Shown: piece by piece, positions 18,389-28,455 of the stretch
Numbering within the stretch: the first letter of the stretch is position 1
Layout of the letters: the number at the start of each line of letters is the position of its first letter
NCBI GenBank assembly: GCA_027339965.1
Contig: DAHWNL010000032.1
Span: 1-40,133 of the forward strand
From: Granulicella sp.
GTDB taxonomy: Bacteria > Acidobacteriota > Terriglobia > Terriglobales > Acidobacteriaceae
DNA: 40,133 nt
Direction of reading: 5' to 3'
Program-made: the position numbers and the translations under genes
Notes under the pieces: generated by a model
Told to the model about the DNA's origin: nothing
The model's input: only the letters and a program-made list of their open reading frames with translations
The model's database searches: none

Positions 18389-19948
18389 TCAGGCGGTAGA
18401 GGATGCATCGGCCAGTGCTGCCGCAATTGCTGTTCCGATCGGAGAGCCCAACCCCGTGCAGGCATTCCATCCGGGGCCGGCGGAGAAGGCTCCGTTGTTT
18501 CCTGAAGTGATGGGGCGGAAGGCGCTGGGGTTGGCATAGAGCGTAGGGTTGAGGAAGCCGGCGGAGGCGCTGCGGGACTGGTTGATGAGGGCGGTGAGCG
18601 CCGCCCAGAGCGGTGCGACGGCGCTGGTGCCGCCCACGACCTCCTGCTGGCCGTCAACGAAGATGTTGTAGCCGGTCTCGGGTGAGGCGTTGCCAGCGAC
18701 GTCCGGGACGCCGCGGCCACCGGTTGAAGTGGTGGGTGCGGGGACGTTGGCGTAGGATTGCCAGGAGGGTAGAGGAAAGACGGTGCTGACGCCGCCGCCG
18801 GTGGCACCGCCCTGGCTGCCGTCGTTCCAGACCACCTCGCTTAGGATGGTGGATCCGCTGGATGTCAGTTGAGTTCCTCCGCAGCCGGTGACGTAGGGGC
18901 TGGAGGCGGGGAAGTCGACGTGGTTGCCGCTGAGTCCGTCGCCTGAGCCCTGGTCGCCGGAGGCGACGGTGATTGTGATACCGAGCGCGGCGGCGGATTG
19001 GCAGGCATCGTTGAGCGCGGAGAGCGAGGAAGAGGTCCAGCTTGCCTCCGGCGCTCCCCAACTGATGGAGAGGATCGAGGGGTTGTGGGTGGTGTCATGG
19101 ACGGCGGTGGTGACGGCGTCGATGAAGCCCTGATCGGTGTTGGGTGTGAAGTAGACGGCGATCTGCGCGCCGTTGGCGATGGAGCCGGCGACCTCAATGT
19201 CCAGCGCCACCTCGGCGTCCGCGCTGCTGGCGGTGGTGGGGGAGTTGGCTCCGCCGTCGACAGAGATGGAGGTGACGGTAGGCGTGGCCAGACCAAGCCC
19301 GGAGAAGTAAGTGGTGAGGTCGCTGGGATTGTAGCCCCCGCCAAGTTCGATGATGCCGATGGTCTGGCCTGCGCCGGTTACTCCGGTGGGAAAGTTGTAC
19401 AGTGCGGCGACCTGGGGAGGGTTGTAGCTGGCCCCAGTCTGTTGTGCTTTGAGCCTTTTCGGCGGGCTGAGGATTCGGATGTGGGGCCGGGCCAGGGGAC
19501 GTGTGTCCAGCCCGATTACCGCTTCCACCAGTTCGGCGTGCTCCTGGGGCAGGGAGATCTCGCCGGTGAAGGCGCAGAAGAGGCTCTCCTCAAGCTGGTA
19601 GTTGTGCAACTGGACGGCAAATGCCTGTTCCAGGTTGCGCACCGGCCCGCGTAGCACCAGCGTGCGCCGTGGCAGACTGGAGGCGTTCTCATCCACGGAG
19701 AGGCCAAACTCATGGGCGAAGCGGCGCAGCGCGGCGAAGCTGGTGGGGTCAGCGGCGAATCTGCGGTTGAACTCCTCGCGCGAGACTCTGCCGCCGGGCA
19801 GTGCTTCGAGAGAGAGCGGCGTTTTGCGCTTCACCAGAACGGAGACGCTCAGAATCTGTTCAGGCGCAGACGGTCCGGCATCGATTGCGTTGGGCGGTGC
19901 GGTGCGTTGGCTGCCGGGAAGCGGAACTCGGGAAGATGGAGACGTCAT
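18389..19948 (-). CDS. S53 sedolisin/kumamolisin-like peptidase with prodomain
   Basis: EVALDIE, SISWG, ASGDQG, GRGVPDV, GGTSAVAP, GWNACTGLGSP. Confidence 0.95.
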   Translation of the reverse strand: MTSPSSRVPLPGSQRTAPPNAIDAGPSAPEQILSVSVLVKRKTPLSLEALPGGRVSREEFNRRFAADPTSFAALRRFAHEFGLSVDENASSLPRRTLVLRGPVRNLEQAFAVQLHNYQLEESLFCAFTGEISLPQEHAELVEAVIGLDTRPLARPHIRILSPPKRLKAQQTGASYNPPQVAALYNFPTGVTGAGQTIGIIELGGGYNPSDLTTYFSGLGLATPTVTSISVDGGANSPTTASSADAEVALDIEVAGSIANGAQIAVYFTPNTDQGFIDAVTTAVHDTTHNPSILSISWGAPEASWTSSSLSALNDACQSAAALGITITVASGDQGSGDGLSGNHVDFPASSPYVTGCGGTQLTSSGSTILSEVVWNDGSQGGATGGGVSTVFPLPSWQSYANVPAPTTSTGGRGVPDVAGNASPETGYNIFVDGQQEVVGGTSAVAPLWAALTALINQSRSASAGFLNPTLYANPSAFRPITSGNNGAFSAGPGWNACTGLGSPIGTAIAAALADASSTA

Positions 19949-20187
19949 GGCACCTCGCTGGAACTTGCGGATAGTTGGAGGGGTCAATCGACCACAAGGT
20001 TGCTTGCCGGCGCCGTGCCGTGAATCTTTGAACGTCTGCTCGTTGGTTGGAGTTCTGCTGGCCGAGCACAGGTTCGGCATCCGGCAAAATCACGTCTCCA
20101 AAGTCACATCTCCAAAATCACATTTCCAGGACGCGAGCTGTGGGACACCCCTCTCCGCCGCCGGCCATGTAGTATGCTTCTTTGTCT

Positions 20188-20568
20188 ATGAGCCACAGCT
20201 TCTCCGCCATGCTGCACGTTTCCGGCGACGTTCGCGATGCCATTGCCTTTTATGGGAGGGCGTTCGACGCTACGCTCGGCTGGAGTACGCCCCCATCCGC
20301 GGGTATGGTGGCGCAACTCCTGGTGCATGGCGCTGAGTTCTGGGTGCATCCGGCCAGTGAAGAGATTGGCAATCCGTCGCCGGCAGATCTGGGTGGCACG
20401 GCGGTCCGGTTGATGCTCATCGTGGAAGATCCAGATGCCGTCTTCGCTCAGGCAGTGGCTGCTGGCGCTGTGGTTCGGTCCCCCATGCAGGACCACGACT
20501 ATGGATGGCGAGATGGCTCGGTGCAGGATCCGTTTGGTCATCGCTGGGAGATCGGCAGGCCGTTGTAG
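20188..20568 (+). CDS. VOC/glyoxalase (PhnB-like) protein
   Basis: AIAFYGRAF...VEDPDAVFAQAVAAGA...YGWRDGSVQDPFGHRWEI. Confidence 0.9.
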   Translation: MSHSFSAMLHVSGDVRDAIAFYGRAFDATLGWSTPPSAGMVAQLLVHGAEFWVHPASEEIGNPSPADLGGTAVRLMLIVEDPDAVFAQAVAAGAVVRSPMQDHDYGWRDGSVQDPFGHRWEIGRPL

Positions 20569-20778
20569 CTCGCACCAGGAGGGGGCCCGCTGGACCTCTG
20601 TAACCACCTGTCACAGCGCAGCCGGTTTGCTCCGCAGGAGAAATCGAGGCCCAGACTTTGCCCATGATTCAGCTCGTGCGCCAGTTGGCCCGGAGTGCGA
20701 TAACTCTTGCTCTTGCTGCGCAAACTCTTGGCAGAAAACATTCGCAACGGGCTGGAGAATGGTCCTGGTTGCTCGCGT

Positions 20779-21498
20779 TCAGTGACCGACTGCTTGCAGG
20801 AGGAGGGTGAGGCCGATCAGCAGCAAGCCGCCAAAGACGTACTTTAGAAAGACTGCTCCAGAGATTCGCTGGTTGATCATTCGTCCCAGGATGACGGCCG
20901 GAAGCATCGCGGGCAGGGAGTAGAGGTACTCTCGCGTCACCACGCGTGTCCATAGACCGGCACTCCAGAAGCCCACCATCCCCAGGAAGCTGGCAGGCAG
21001 AAAGTAGGCGTGCAGTGTAGCCCGAAACTGCTGCGGAGACCATCGCCGCAGGGCGCCGTAGATCACCAGCGGCGGCCCGTTCATGCCAAACGCTCCTCCC
21101 AAGACGCCGGCCAGAAAGCCGGCCAGGAGCAGCGCCGTATGATGCCAATCCTCTTCCAGCGTGAATCCATCTTTCGCCAGCAGCGAATAGCTCGCGAAGC
21201 CGACAAGCAAGGCTCCGAGGCTGCCCTTGACCCACCCAGGCGGCGCATGAGTCAGCAGCAAGAGGCCCAGGGGCACGCCGAAGACCGTGGCTGCCAGCAA
21301 TCCGGCGGCGCTGTGCAGGCGAATCTGGCGCCAGTCCTGAGTCACCACCAGGGCTGCGATGGAGATGGACAGCAGAACAGCCAGCGGGGCAGCGACGCTC
21401 ACCGGCATAAATAATGCCAGCAGCGGCACGGCGATCAGTGCTTCGCCGAATCCAAACGACGATCGCACCAGGGTCGCCAGGAATACGACGAGCATCAC
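20779..21498 (-). CDS. TauE/SafE (TSUP) family exporter
   Basis: SSFGFGEALIAVP and GVLGGAFGMNGPP repeats; multi-TM. Start uncertain. Confidence 0.85.
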   Translation of the reverse strand: MMLVVFLATLVRSSFGFGEALIAVPLLALFMPVSVAAPLAVLLSISIAALVVTQDWRQIRLHSAAGLLAATVFGVPLGLLLLTHAPPGWVKGSLGALLVGFASYSLLAKDGFTLEEDWHHTALLLAGFLAGVLGGAFGMNGPPLVIYGALRRWSPQQFRATLHAYFLPASFLGMVGFWSAGLWTRVVTREYLYSLPAMLPAVILGRMINQRISGAVFLKYVFGGLLLIGLTLLLQAVGH

Positions 21499-21668
21499 GA
21501 ATGGAAGCGAAGCGTGAATGGTCTCTCCCGGTAGGCGTCGGTTCGGTGTTCCGTTGGCGAGCGCGGGCCTCTGAGCCTTACGGCCGGTTGCGCCCGACCT
21601 GACAGGGGATAGCGGGAGCCAAGCTCCACGTGTCTGCTTCAGGGACGAATCTGATTCGGGAGCAGGCT

Positions 21669-22322
21669 CTAATATCCGTTGGCGATCAGGTAAGCAGGCG
21701 TCAGCCAGTTCTGCTGGGAGGCGGCGCGCTGCGCGGCGGCGTACTTGGCCAGAGTATCGGTTTCGATGTTGACCCGCTCTCCGGGCTGGAGTGTGTGCAG
21801 GTTGGTTGCTCGGTAGGTGTGCGGGATGATGGCAATCTCGATGCGGGGAAGATCCAGGCGCGCGACGGTGAGGCTGATGCCATTGATGGTGATGGATCCC
21901 TGCGAGATGACCTGAGACGCGAGATGGTCCGGGATCTCCACGATGAGACGCCAGTCAGTTGTTGCCAGGTCGCTGTGCAGGGGAAGCAGAGAGACCAGCG
22001 ATCCCGTGGCGTCCACATGCCCCTGCACCACGTGCCCGCCCAGTGGAGATCCGGCAGGGGTGGGAAGTTCCAGGTTGACGGTGGCGCCGGAGGAGAGGTC
22101 GCTGAGGTTGGTTCGGGCCAGCGTCTCTACAGCCAGATCAGCGGCGAAGTGGGCGCTCTCCGGGAGCGGGATCGCCGTAAGGCAGACGCCGTTGACCGCG
22201 ATGCTGTCGCCGATATGCCAGCGGCCGTGGAGCTGCGGGGCGGAGATGACCATGCGGGTTGCTCCCGCGCCGGGGGTAATGGAAACAACCGTGCCCGTGG
22301 TTTCAATGAGTCCGGTGAACAT
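21669..22322 (-). CDS. ribE: Riboflavin synthase (alpha chain)
   Basis: Canonical MFTGLIE start, GDSIAVNGVCLT, GGHVVQGHVD. Confidence 0.96.
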   Translation of the reverse strand: MFTGLIETTGTVVSITPGAGATRMVISAPQLHGRWHIGDSIAVNGVCLTAIPLPESAHFAADLAVETLARTNLSDLSSGATVNLELPTPAGSPLGGHVVQGHVDATGSLVSLLPLHSDLATTDWRLIVEIPDHLASQVISQGSITINGISLTVARLDLPRIEIAIIPHTYRATNLHTLQPGERVNIETDTLAKYAAAQRAASQQNWLTPAYLIANGY

Positions 22323-22365
22323 AAGAAGAGTATAGAGAACCGGCGACCCCGATTTTCGGGCTGGG

Positions 22366-23559
22366 TCAGAGGACTCCGGCCCAGGGGTCGTGGAGGTAGC
22401 CGACGGTGCGGTGGTCTTCACCGTTGGGGGTGAGATCCGAAGGGAAGGTGGAGTGGGTGGTATGGATGAGGCGCTGTTGGAGGGCCTGGGGCGAGCCGAA
22501 GTTGGCAGCGAAGGGGATCGCGTCGTCCCCGAGGTGGATCCGACTGGAGTAGAGTACGACGCGATCGACCAGATCGGAGGTGAGAAAGCTGTCGTTGACC
22601 TGGGAGCCGGCCTCTACCAGGAGGCTGAGAATCTGGCGTTGGGCCAGCTCAGCGAGCACGGCATGGAGGTCCAGATGATGGTGCAGGGTGGGGATCTGGC
22701 GAACCTCTGCGTTGTGGGAGGCGAGGCGAGAGGCCCGGGCGGCGAGGTCCGGGTCAGAGCTGGTGAGGTGCGGGAAAGATAGCAGCAGCAGGTCGTTGGC
22801 GGCGGAGGTGACGAGGTGAGAGTCTAGGGGGGTGCGCAGAGCGCCGTCCAGAACGACGCGCAGCAGCGGACGGCGGCGCGGGAGTCCGGTGCGGTCCGTG
22901 AGCGAGGGATTGTCGGCCAGGATGGTCCCGATGCCGGTGAGAATGGCGTCGGAGGCGTGGCGCAAGAGTTGAGCATCGGCCCGGGCGGCTGCTCCCGTGA
23001 TCCAGTGGGGTGCCTTGTTTGTTCGGGTGGCTGGAGCAGGGGCGAGTTTGCCATCGGCTGACAGCGCGGCTTTGAGGGTGACGAAGGGGCGCCGATGCTG
23101 CACGAAATGGGCGAAGGCATCGTTGAGACGCCGGGACTGCCGGGCTAACGGATGATCTGGATCAAGGAGGATGACATCGATGCCGGCGGCGCGAAGGCGG
23201 GACAGCCCCTGGCCGCGGACCAGAGGGTTGGGGTCCACGGTGGCTACGACGCTGCGCGCGATGCCTGCGGCGATGAGTGCGTTGGCGCAGGGCCCCGTCC
23301 GTCCCTGGTGGGAGCAAGGTTCGAGTGTGACGTAGGCGGTGGCTCCGCGAACGGTGTGGCCCAGCTCGGAGGCTTGTTTGAGCGCGACAATCTCGGCGTG
23401 ATGGCGCTTGTCATAGCTGTGCGCACCCTCCCCGACGAGGTGTTCGTCGCGGGTAAGCACGCAGCCAACCGTGGGGTTGGGGCTGGCGAAGGCTGCGGCC
23501 TGCCCGGCGAGACTGAGGGCTCGAGTGAGAAAGAGCTCGTCCTGGAGCGTGAAAGGCAT
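22366..23559 (-). CDS. ribD: Bifunctional riboflavin deaminase/reductase
   Basis: PNPTVGCV, HAE, TLEPCSHQGRTGPC, GIGTILADNP, LLVEAG. Confidence 0.96.
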   Translation of the reverse strand: MPFTLQDELFLTRALSLAGQAAAFASPNPTVGCVLTRDEHLVGEGAHSYDKRHHAEIVALKQASELGHTVRGATAYVTLEPCSHQGRTGPCANALIAAGIARSVVATVDPNPLVRGQGLSRLRAAGIDVILLDPDHPLARQSRRLNDAFAHFVQHRRPFVTLKAALSADGKLAPAPATRTNKAPHWITGAAARADAQLLRHASDAILTGIGTILADNPSLTDRTGLPRRRPLLRVVLDGALRTPLDSHLVTSAANDLLLLSFPHLTSSDPDLAARASRLASHNAEVRQIPTLHHHLDLHAVLAELAQRQILSLLVEAGSQVNDSFLTSDLVDRVVLYSSRIHLGDDAIPFAANFGSPQALQQRLIHTTHSTFPSDLTPNGEDHRTVGYLHDPWAGVL

Positions 23560-23705
23560 CCGAGATCAGCATAGCTGCAATCACCTTGTGATGGAGCGTC
23601 GGCAGAGGCAGCAGGGGATCGCAGAGCTCGGGCCGTGACTTGGTTTGTTGCCGCAAGGGTGATGTGCACCGGGCTTTGTTGCACGGTCATCGAAGCTCGA
23701 AAGGG

Positions 23706-24719
23706 CTAATTTAGAAGAGCGTCGACGAAGGCCTCGGCGTCGAACGGGATGATGTCTTCCAGTTTCTCGCCAATACCGGCATAACGGACGGGAAGGCCCA
23801 ACTCCTGTGCAATGGCGACGACGATTCCGCCCTTGGCGCTGCCATCCAGCTTGGTAAGGATGATGCCGGTGACGTGCGCGGCCTCGGTGAAGAGGCGAGC
23901 CTGCTGGAGTCCGTTCTGGCCCGTGGTGGCATCAATCACCAGCAGCGTCTGATGTGGTGCTCCGGGGAGCAGGCGCTCGGCGGTGCGGCGCATCTTATCT
24001 AACTCCTTCATGAGGTCGGACTTGGTGTGCAGGCGACCGGCGGTATCCACGATCAGCATTCCGGTGGAGCGTGCCTTGGCCGCAGTGAGTGCATCGAACA
24101 GCGCGGCGGAGGGGTCACCGCCCTGGCGGGTGCGAATCAGATCGACAGAGGAGCGTTGCGCCCAGACTTCGAGTTGCTCTATGGCGGCAGCGCGAAAGGT
24201 GTCGGCAGCGCAGAGGAGCACGGTGTGGCCTTCCCGGCGGAAGAGAGCGGCCAGCTTGCCGCTGGTCGTGGTCTTTCCTGTGCCGTTGACGCCTACCATC
24301 ATGATCACCTCGGGCGGAGCTGCGGGGTGCGCCACAGGCGTCTCCACGGAGCAGAGGATGCGGAGGATCTCCTGTTTCAGGAGAAGCTTGAGCGAGGCTC
24401 CGTCCGCGATGCCGTGCTGGAGTGCCCGTTCACGCAATACCTGGAGAATCTGGTTGGTAGTAGTGGACCCGATATCGCAGGATAAAAGGGCCAGTTCCAG
24501 GTCGTCGAGCGAGGCTTCGTCCACCTCGCGCGTCAGGGCGATGACCGAGGCCAGGGAACTGGACAGCGACTCGCGGGTGCGGGCGACGGCCCTCTTCATG
24601 CGGGCTAACAAGCCACCCGTCACGGCGGCTTCGCCTGCGGGCGAGGGCGGTGTGGCTTGCATCTGGGTTGTAGTGCCCGAGGACGGGTTATCGCGCTTGC
24701 CGAAGATTGAAAAGGCCAT
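23706..24719 (-). CDS. ftsY: SRP receptor FtsY
   Basis: [32 protein letters not shown]. Confidence 0.97.
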   Translation of the reverse strand: MAFSIFGKRDNPSSGTTTQMQATPPSPAGEAAVTGGLLARMKRAVARTRESLSSSLASVIALTREVDEASLDDLELALLSCDIGSTTTNQILQVLRERALQHGIADGASLKLLLKQEILRILCSVETPVAHPAAPPEVIMMVGVNGTGKTTTSGKLAALFRREGHTVLLCAADTFRAAAIEQLEVWAQRSSVDLIRTRQGGDPSAALFDALTAAKARSTGMLIVDTAGRLHTKSDLMKELDKMRRTAERLLPGAPHQTLLVIDATTGQNGLQQARLFTEAAHVTGIILTKLDGSAKGGIVVAIAQELGLPVRYAGIGEKLEDIIPFDAEAFVDALLN

Positions 24720-24745
24720 CCGTTCCAGTTTAGCGGAGCAGGTTG

Positions 24746-25741
24746 TTACTCGATGCGCCCCGGCCGAGCCATGAGCTCACCTATGGCATCCAAGGGGGAT
24801 TTGCCGTGGTGAAGGATGGCCTCCACTTGTTCGGTGATCGGCATCTCCACGCCATGGCGGCGAGCCAGACCAAGCGCCGCAGCCGTGGTCAGGATGCCTT
24901 CAGCCACCTTGCCATTGAGCTGTGCGATCACTTCATGAAGTTTCTTCCCTCTGCCGAGTTCCATGCCCACCGCCCGGTTGCGGGAAAGGCCTGCGGTGCA
25001 GGTAAGCACCAGGTCACCGATGCCGGAGAGGCCGGACATGGTCTCCCGGCGGCCACCGCAAGCCATCGTAAGACGTGCAATCTCCGCATTGCCGCGGGTG
25101 ATCAGCGCGGCGGTGGCGTTATGCCCCAGTTCCAGTCCCGTCACCACGCCGGCAGCTACGGCGATGACGTTCTTGAGCGCGCCTCCAAGTTCGGTGCCAA
25201 TGACATCCTGGTTGCGGTAGGCGCGTAAGGAGGCCGAGCTGAAGTCGTCCTGCAGACGTTTGCCCAAAGCTGGATCCTCTATGGCCACGGCAATGGCGGT
25301 GGGCATGCCCGTGGCGACTTCATAGGCGAAGGAGGGTCCCCCCAGGGCGCCGACGGGGTTGGCGGGGGCGTACTCGGAGATGATCTGCGACATGCGCAGG
25401 AAGGTTCGCTCTTCAATCCCCTTGCTGGCGGAGAGCAGCACCTGCCGGGGGCCGAGCAGCGGAGCCAATTGCAGCATGATGGAGCGAAGCGCCTGCGATG
25501 GCGTTACGCACAGCACCAGATCCGCGCTCGCCACGGCATGCTCCAGGTCGTGGGTAATGCGCAGGCCGGGAGGAAGATGAAAGCCGGGCAGATAGCGATC
25601 ATTGACGAAGCTCTCTGTCAGTTGCAGGGCGTGGTCGGGAGAGTGGGCCCAAAGGGCGAGTTGGTGACCGCCACGTCGAGCCAGCGAGATGGTAAGCGCA
25701 GTTCCCCAGGCGCCTGCCCCGATGACAGCGATGCGGCTCAT
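24746..25741 (-). CDS. gpsA: NAD(P)H-dependent glycerol-3-phosphate dehydrogenase
   Basis: GAGAWGTAL, SKGIE, GGALKNVIA, GDLVLTC...SRN. Confidence 0.96.
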   Translation of the reverse strand: MSRIAVIGAGAWGTALTISLARRGGHQLALWAHSPDHALQLTESFVNDRYLPGFHLPPGLRITHDLEHAVASADLVLCVTPSQALRSIMLQLAPLLGPRQVLLSASKGIEERTFLRMSQIISEYAPANPVGALGGPSFAYEVATGMPTAIAVAIEDPALGKRLQDDFSSASLRAYRNQDVIGTELGGALKNVIAVAAGVVTGLELGHNATAALITRGNAEIARLTMACGGRRETMSGLSGIGDLVLTCTAGLSRNRAVGMELGRGKKLHEVIAQLNGKVAEGILTTAAALGLARRHGVEMPITEQVEAILHHGKSPLDAIGELMARPGRIE

Positions 25742-26409
25742 GGCTCAGCCCTTTTTGGTGTGGTGCGGGCCTTGCCGTCTTCCGCTGCGGCGGCGCTCTT
25801 TTTACTGCCCAGGCGGTTTTCCGTACCGCGCAGCAAGCGCCGTATGTTGGCCTGATGCTTGGCAACGGTGAGCATCGCAATGGCGCTGAGCCCGGCGAGA
25901 AGGGCGTTAGAGCGCTGCTGCTGGAGCAGGAGCGCGAACAGAGGAATGGAGAAAGCTGCCAGAACGGAACCGAGCGAGACGTAGCGGGTGATGGCGACGA
26001 CGAAAGCAAAGACCCCGGTGGCGGCCAAGGCCACCATCGGCGTGAGCGCCAGGAAGACGCCCAACGCGGTGGCGATTCCCTTGCCGCCGCGGAAGCGCAG
26101 CCAAACTGGGAAGATATGACCGGTTACAGCAGCTACTGCAGCGCATACGGCCAGCGTGGAGGGGCCGTGAGCGGCCGGCGGGGCGATGTGCGTGGTGAGA
26201 AAGACGCTGAGATAGCCCTTGAGAGCGTCACACAGGAGGGTCAGCAGGCCGAGGGATGTTCCCCCGGCGCGGGCCACGTTGGTGGCGCCGATGTTGCCGC
26301 TGCCAACGGCGCGAACATCCTCTTTCCGCAGGAGCCGAACCAGCAGATAGCCAAAAGGGATGGAGCCGAGCAGATAGGCCGTTGCGAGCGTCAGGAGCCA
26401 GAGGGTCAT
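25738..26409 (-). CDS. plsY: Glycerol-3-phosphate acyltransferase PlsY
   Basis: YLLGSIPFG, GSGNIGATN, GGKGIAT, HQANIRRL...E. Confidence 0.96.
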   Translation of the reverse strand: MTLWLLTLATAYLLGSIPFGYLLVRLLRKEDVRAVGSGNIGATNVARAGGTSLGLLTLLCDALKGYLSVFLTTHIAPPAAHGPSTLAVCAAVAAVTGHIFPVWLRFRGGKGIATALGVFLALTPMVALAATGVFAFVVAITRYVSLGSVLAAFSIPLFALLLQQQRSNALLAGLSAIAMLTVAKHQANIRRLLRGTENRLGSKKSAAAAEDGKARTTPKRAEP

Positions 26410-26505
26410 GGTCTTCGAAGATGAGTGTAGCAGCCTGGAATTTCAGATGGATCGGCTGTTGCAACGGCAACTTTCAGCGAAGCCCTGGTGCGGCTCCGGG
26501 GGGAC

Positions 26506-27759
26506 CTAGAGAAGGTGCCGACGCAGCATCTCCAGGGCGTGCTGGGCAGCCCAGAGACGGATCCGGTCGCGACTCCCTCGGAGGGTGATCTCGTGAACCT
26601 GAGTCTCCTTGCCGTCGGTAAGGGCAAGGTAGACCAGCCCGACGGGCTTTTGAGCGTCTCTACCGCGCGGAGCACCCGGGCCGGCGATGCCGGTGATACT
26701 CAAGGCCAGGGAGCTTCCGACGCGGCGGCGGATTCCTTCCGCCAGGGCGCGGGCCACGGCCTCGGAGACGGCTCCGTGCTCGTCGATCAGATAGGAAGGA
26801 ACGTCGGCCAGCGCCGTCTTGCTACGGTTGGAGTACGCAATGGCGCCGCCCAGAAATACGCGCGAGCTGTTGGGAATGGAGGTCAGTCGCTGACCAATGA
26901 GACCACCCGTACAGCTCTCAGCGACGGCCAGGGTTTGGTGGCGGACGCCAAGCATCAGCAGAACTACCTCCTCCAGCGACTCACCATTGCTGGAGAAGAC
27001 ATCGTCGCCCATCTCCCTGGAGACCGCGTCGGCGACGGCCTCCACGCGCGCTTCGGCTTCCACCAGAGTTGGCTTGACGCAGGAGAAGTGAAGCTGGATT
27101 TCGGCATTGCCCGCGAGGATGGTGGTCTGGACGTCCGGGAACGTCTTGTAGATGGGCGCGCAGCGGGCGTCCACATGGCTCTCCGCAAGCAGCGTCATGC
27201 GCAGTTGACGGCGGGCAAGGTGGTTGGGGGATAGGGCGGCGGCCAGACGCGGCTTGCACTCGGAATCGAAGATCGGCTGAAGTTCAGCCGGAGGGCCGGG
27301 AAGAAGAGCGACGAGCTTGCGGCTGCCATTGAAGGTGATCTCGATCCACTGCCCAGGAGCGCTGCCGTTGCGGTTGGGAAGAATGGTTGAGCCATGGATA
27401 TGGTCCGCCTGGCGGCGGTTGTTCTCAGTCATCTGCAGGTTGCGGGAGGCGAAGCGTTGCTGTAACTCATCCAGAAGGAGTGGGTCACGCTCCAGGGCAA
27501 GTTGCAGGGCTTGCGCCACGCACTCCCGGGTCAGGTCGTCTTCTGTCGGTCCAAGGCCGCCGGAGAGAATCACGATATCAGAGCGTTTAAGGGCGACCTC
27601 GACGCTTAAGGTGAGGTGTTCGCGCTGATCTCCAACGATGGTTTTGAAGGCTACCTTCACGCCCAGCTCATTGAGGCCGGCTGTGAGATAGAGGGAGTTG
27701 GTGTCTTGCCGGTACGGCGTAAGCAACTCAGAGCCAACGGCGATGATCTCGGCGAGCAT
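26506..27759 (-). CDS. cinA: CinA (competence/damage-inducible protein with NMN deamidase domain)
   Basis: GSELL, DTNS, GGLGPTEDDLT, LPGPP, AESCTGG, TGIAGP. Confidence 0.95.
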   Translation of the reverse strand: MLAEIIAVGSELLTPYRQDTNSLYLTAGLNELGVKVAFKTIVGDQREHLTLSVEVALKRSDIVILSGGLGPTEDDLTRECVAQALQLALERDPLLLDELQQRFASRNLQMTENNRRQADHIHGSTILPNRNGSAPGQWIEITFNGSRKLVALLPGPPAELQPIFDSECKPRLAAALSPNHLARRQLRMTLLAESHVDARCAPIYKTFPDVQTTILAGNAEIQLHFSCVKPTLVEAEARVEAVADAVSREMGDDVFSSNGESLEEVVLLMLGVRHQTLAVAESCTGGLIGQRLTSIPNSSRVFLGGAIAYSNRSKTALADVPSYLIDEHGAVSEAVARALAEGIRRRVGSSLALSITGIAGPGAPRGRDAQKPVGLVYLALTDGKETQVHEITLRGSRDRIRLWAAQHALEMLRRHLL

Positions 27760-28037
27760 TTCTCTTCATGGTACCCTGCCCGGCCCCGCCTCAGAAGACC
27801 AACGGGATGGATGAAGCCATGGAGGGAGACTGAAAGAGGCTGATGTTGTTCGACGCCGGAGGGGGCTCGTGAGGCGCGAGATTAGCCGCAATTCGCGGAG
27901 ATCTCAGAAGAGCCGTGGCAGCCGCAGATTGCTTGCAGGGTGTGCCCAATGTTTCGGCCGAAGTTAAGCACAAAAAAGAGGAGATTTGCACAGATTTTTT
28001 GTGTTGCAAAGCTCGATTTTCGTGCGACGATTCTCTG

Positions 28038-28302
28038 CAACGGAAGAGAGATCTTCCAGAGAAGAGAGAAGAGTCGGAGGCAGCGAGGCTCGGACGCGAG
28101 ACTCACTTTGGGCAACCAGAGGCAAGCTGGCAAAGACAAGGCTCGCAGTCTTGGACGCCAAGAAGGAACGAAGGACCGTCGGGCTAGCCCGCAGGTTCTG
28201 AGGGACGACGAGGCCGTCAGGGAATGACCTGGGACCGAAGCCAGATCTTCGAAAGATTCGGACAGCAGAGGGGCGGGTTCTCGAAAGGGGACCGGCCCTT
28301 TT
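28038..28302 (+). ncRNA. Candidate stand-alone structured sRNA
   Basis: Promoter-like TTGCAA-N16-(TGc)GACGAT, a series of hairpins with GNRA loops, and a + strand intrinsic terminator between two minus-strand genes. Confidence 0.6.
28267..28302 (+). terminator. Intrinsic terminator
   Basis: GGGC-G-GGTTCTC-GAAA-GGGGACC-G-GCCC-TTTT; the G-U pairs and U-tract favour the + strand. Confidence 0.7.
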
Positions 28303-28455
28303 GCATTTGTTTGCAACCGGGGCCGGGTCTTGGGTGGGAGAGCGCCGCGGGGTGTTCCGGCCGCGGGCGGCGCGCAGGTTTCAAAGGTGGCGCCTCCCAG
28401 GTTTGGGTCTTGAGGTCGCGGTGGTCTTGTGGCGCCAAGTGTCTCCGCAGCCGGG

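Noticed and set aside
18389..19948. S53 protease lacking an obvious signal peptide
   Set aside because: Common among kumamolisin-like proteins, so not unusual.
23560..23705. Possible FMN riboswitch upstream of ribD
   Set aside because: No RFN consensus segments are recognisable.
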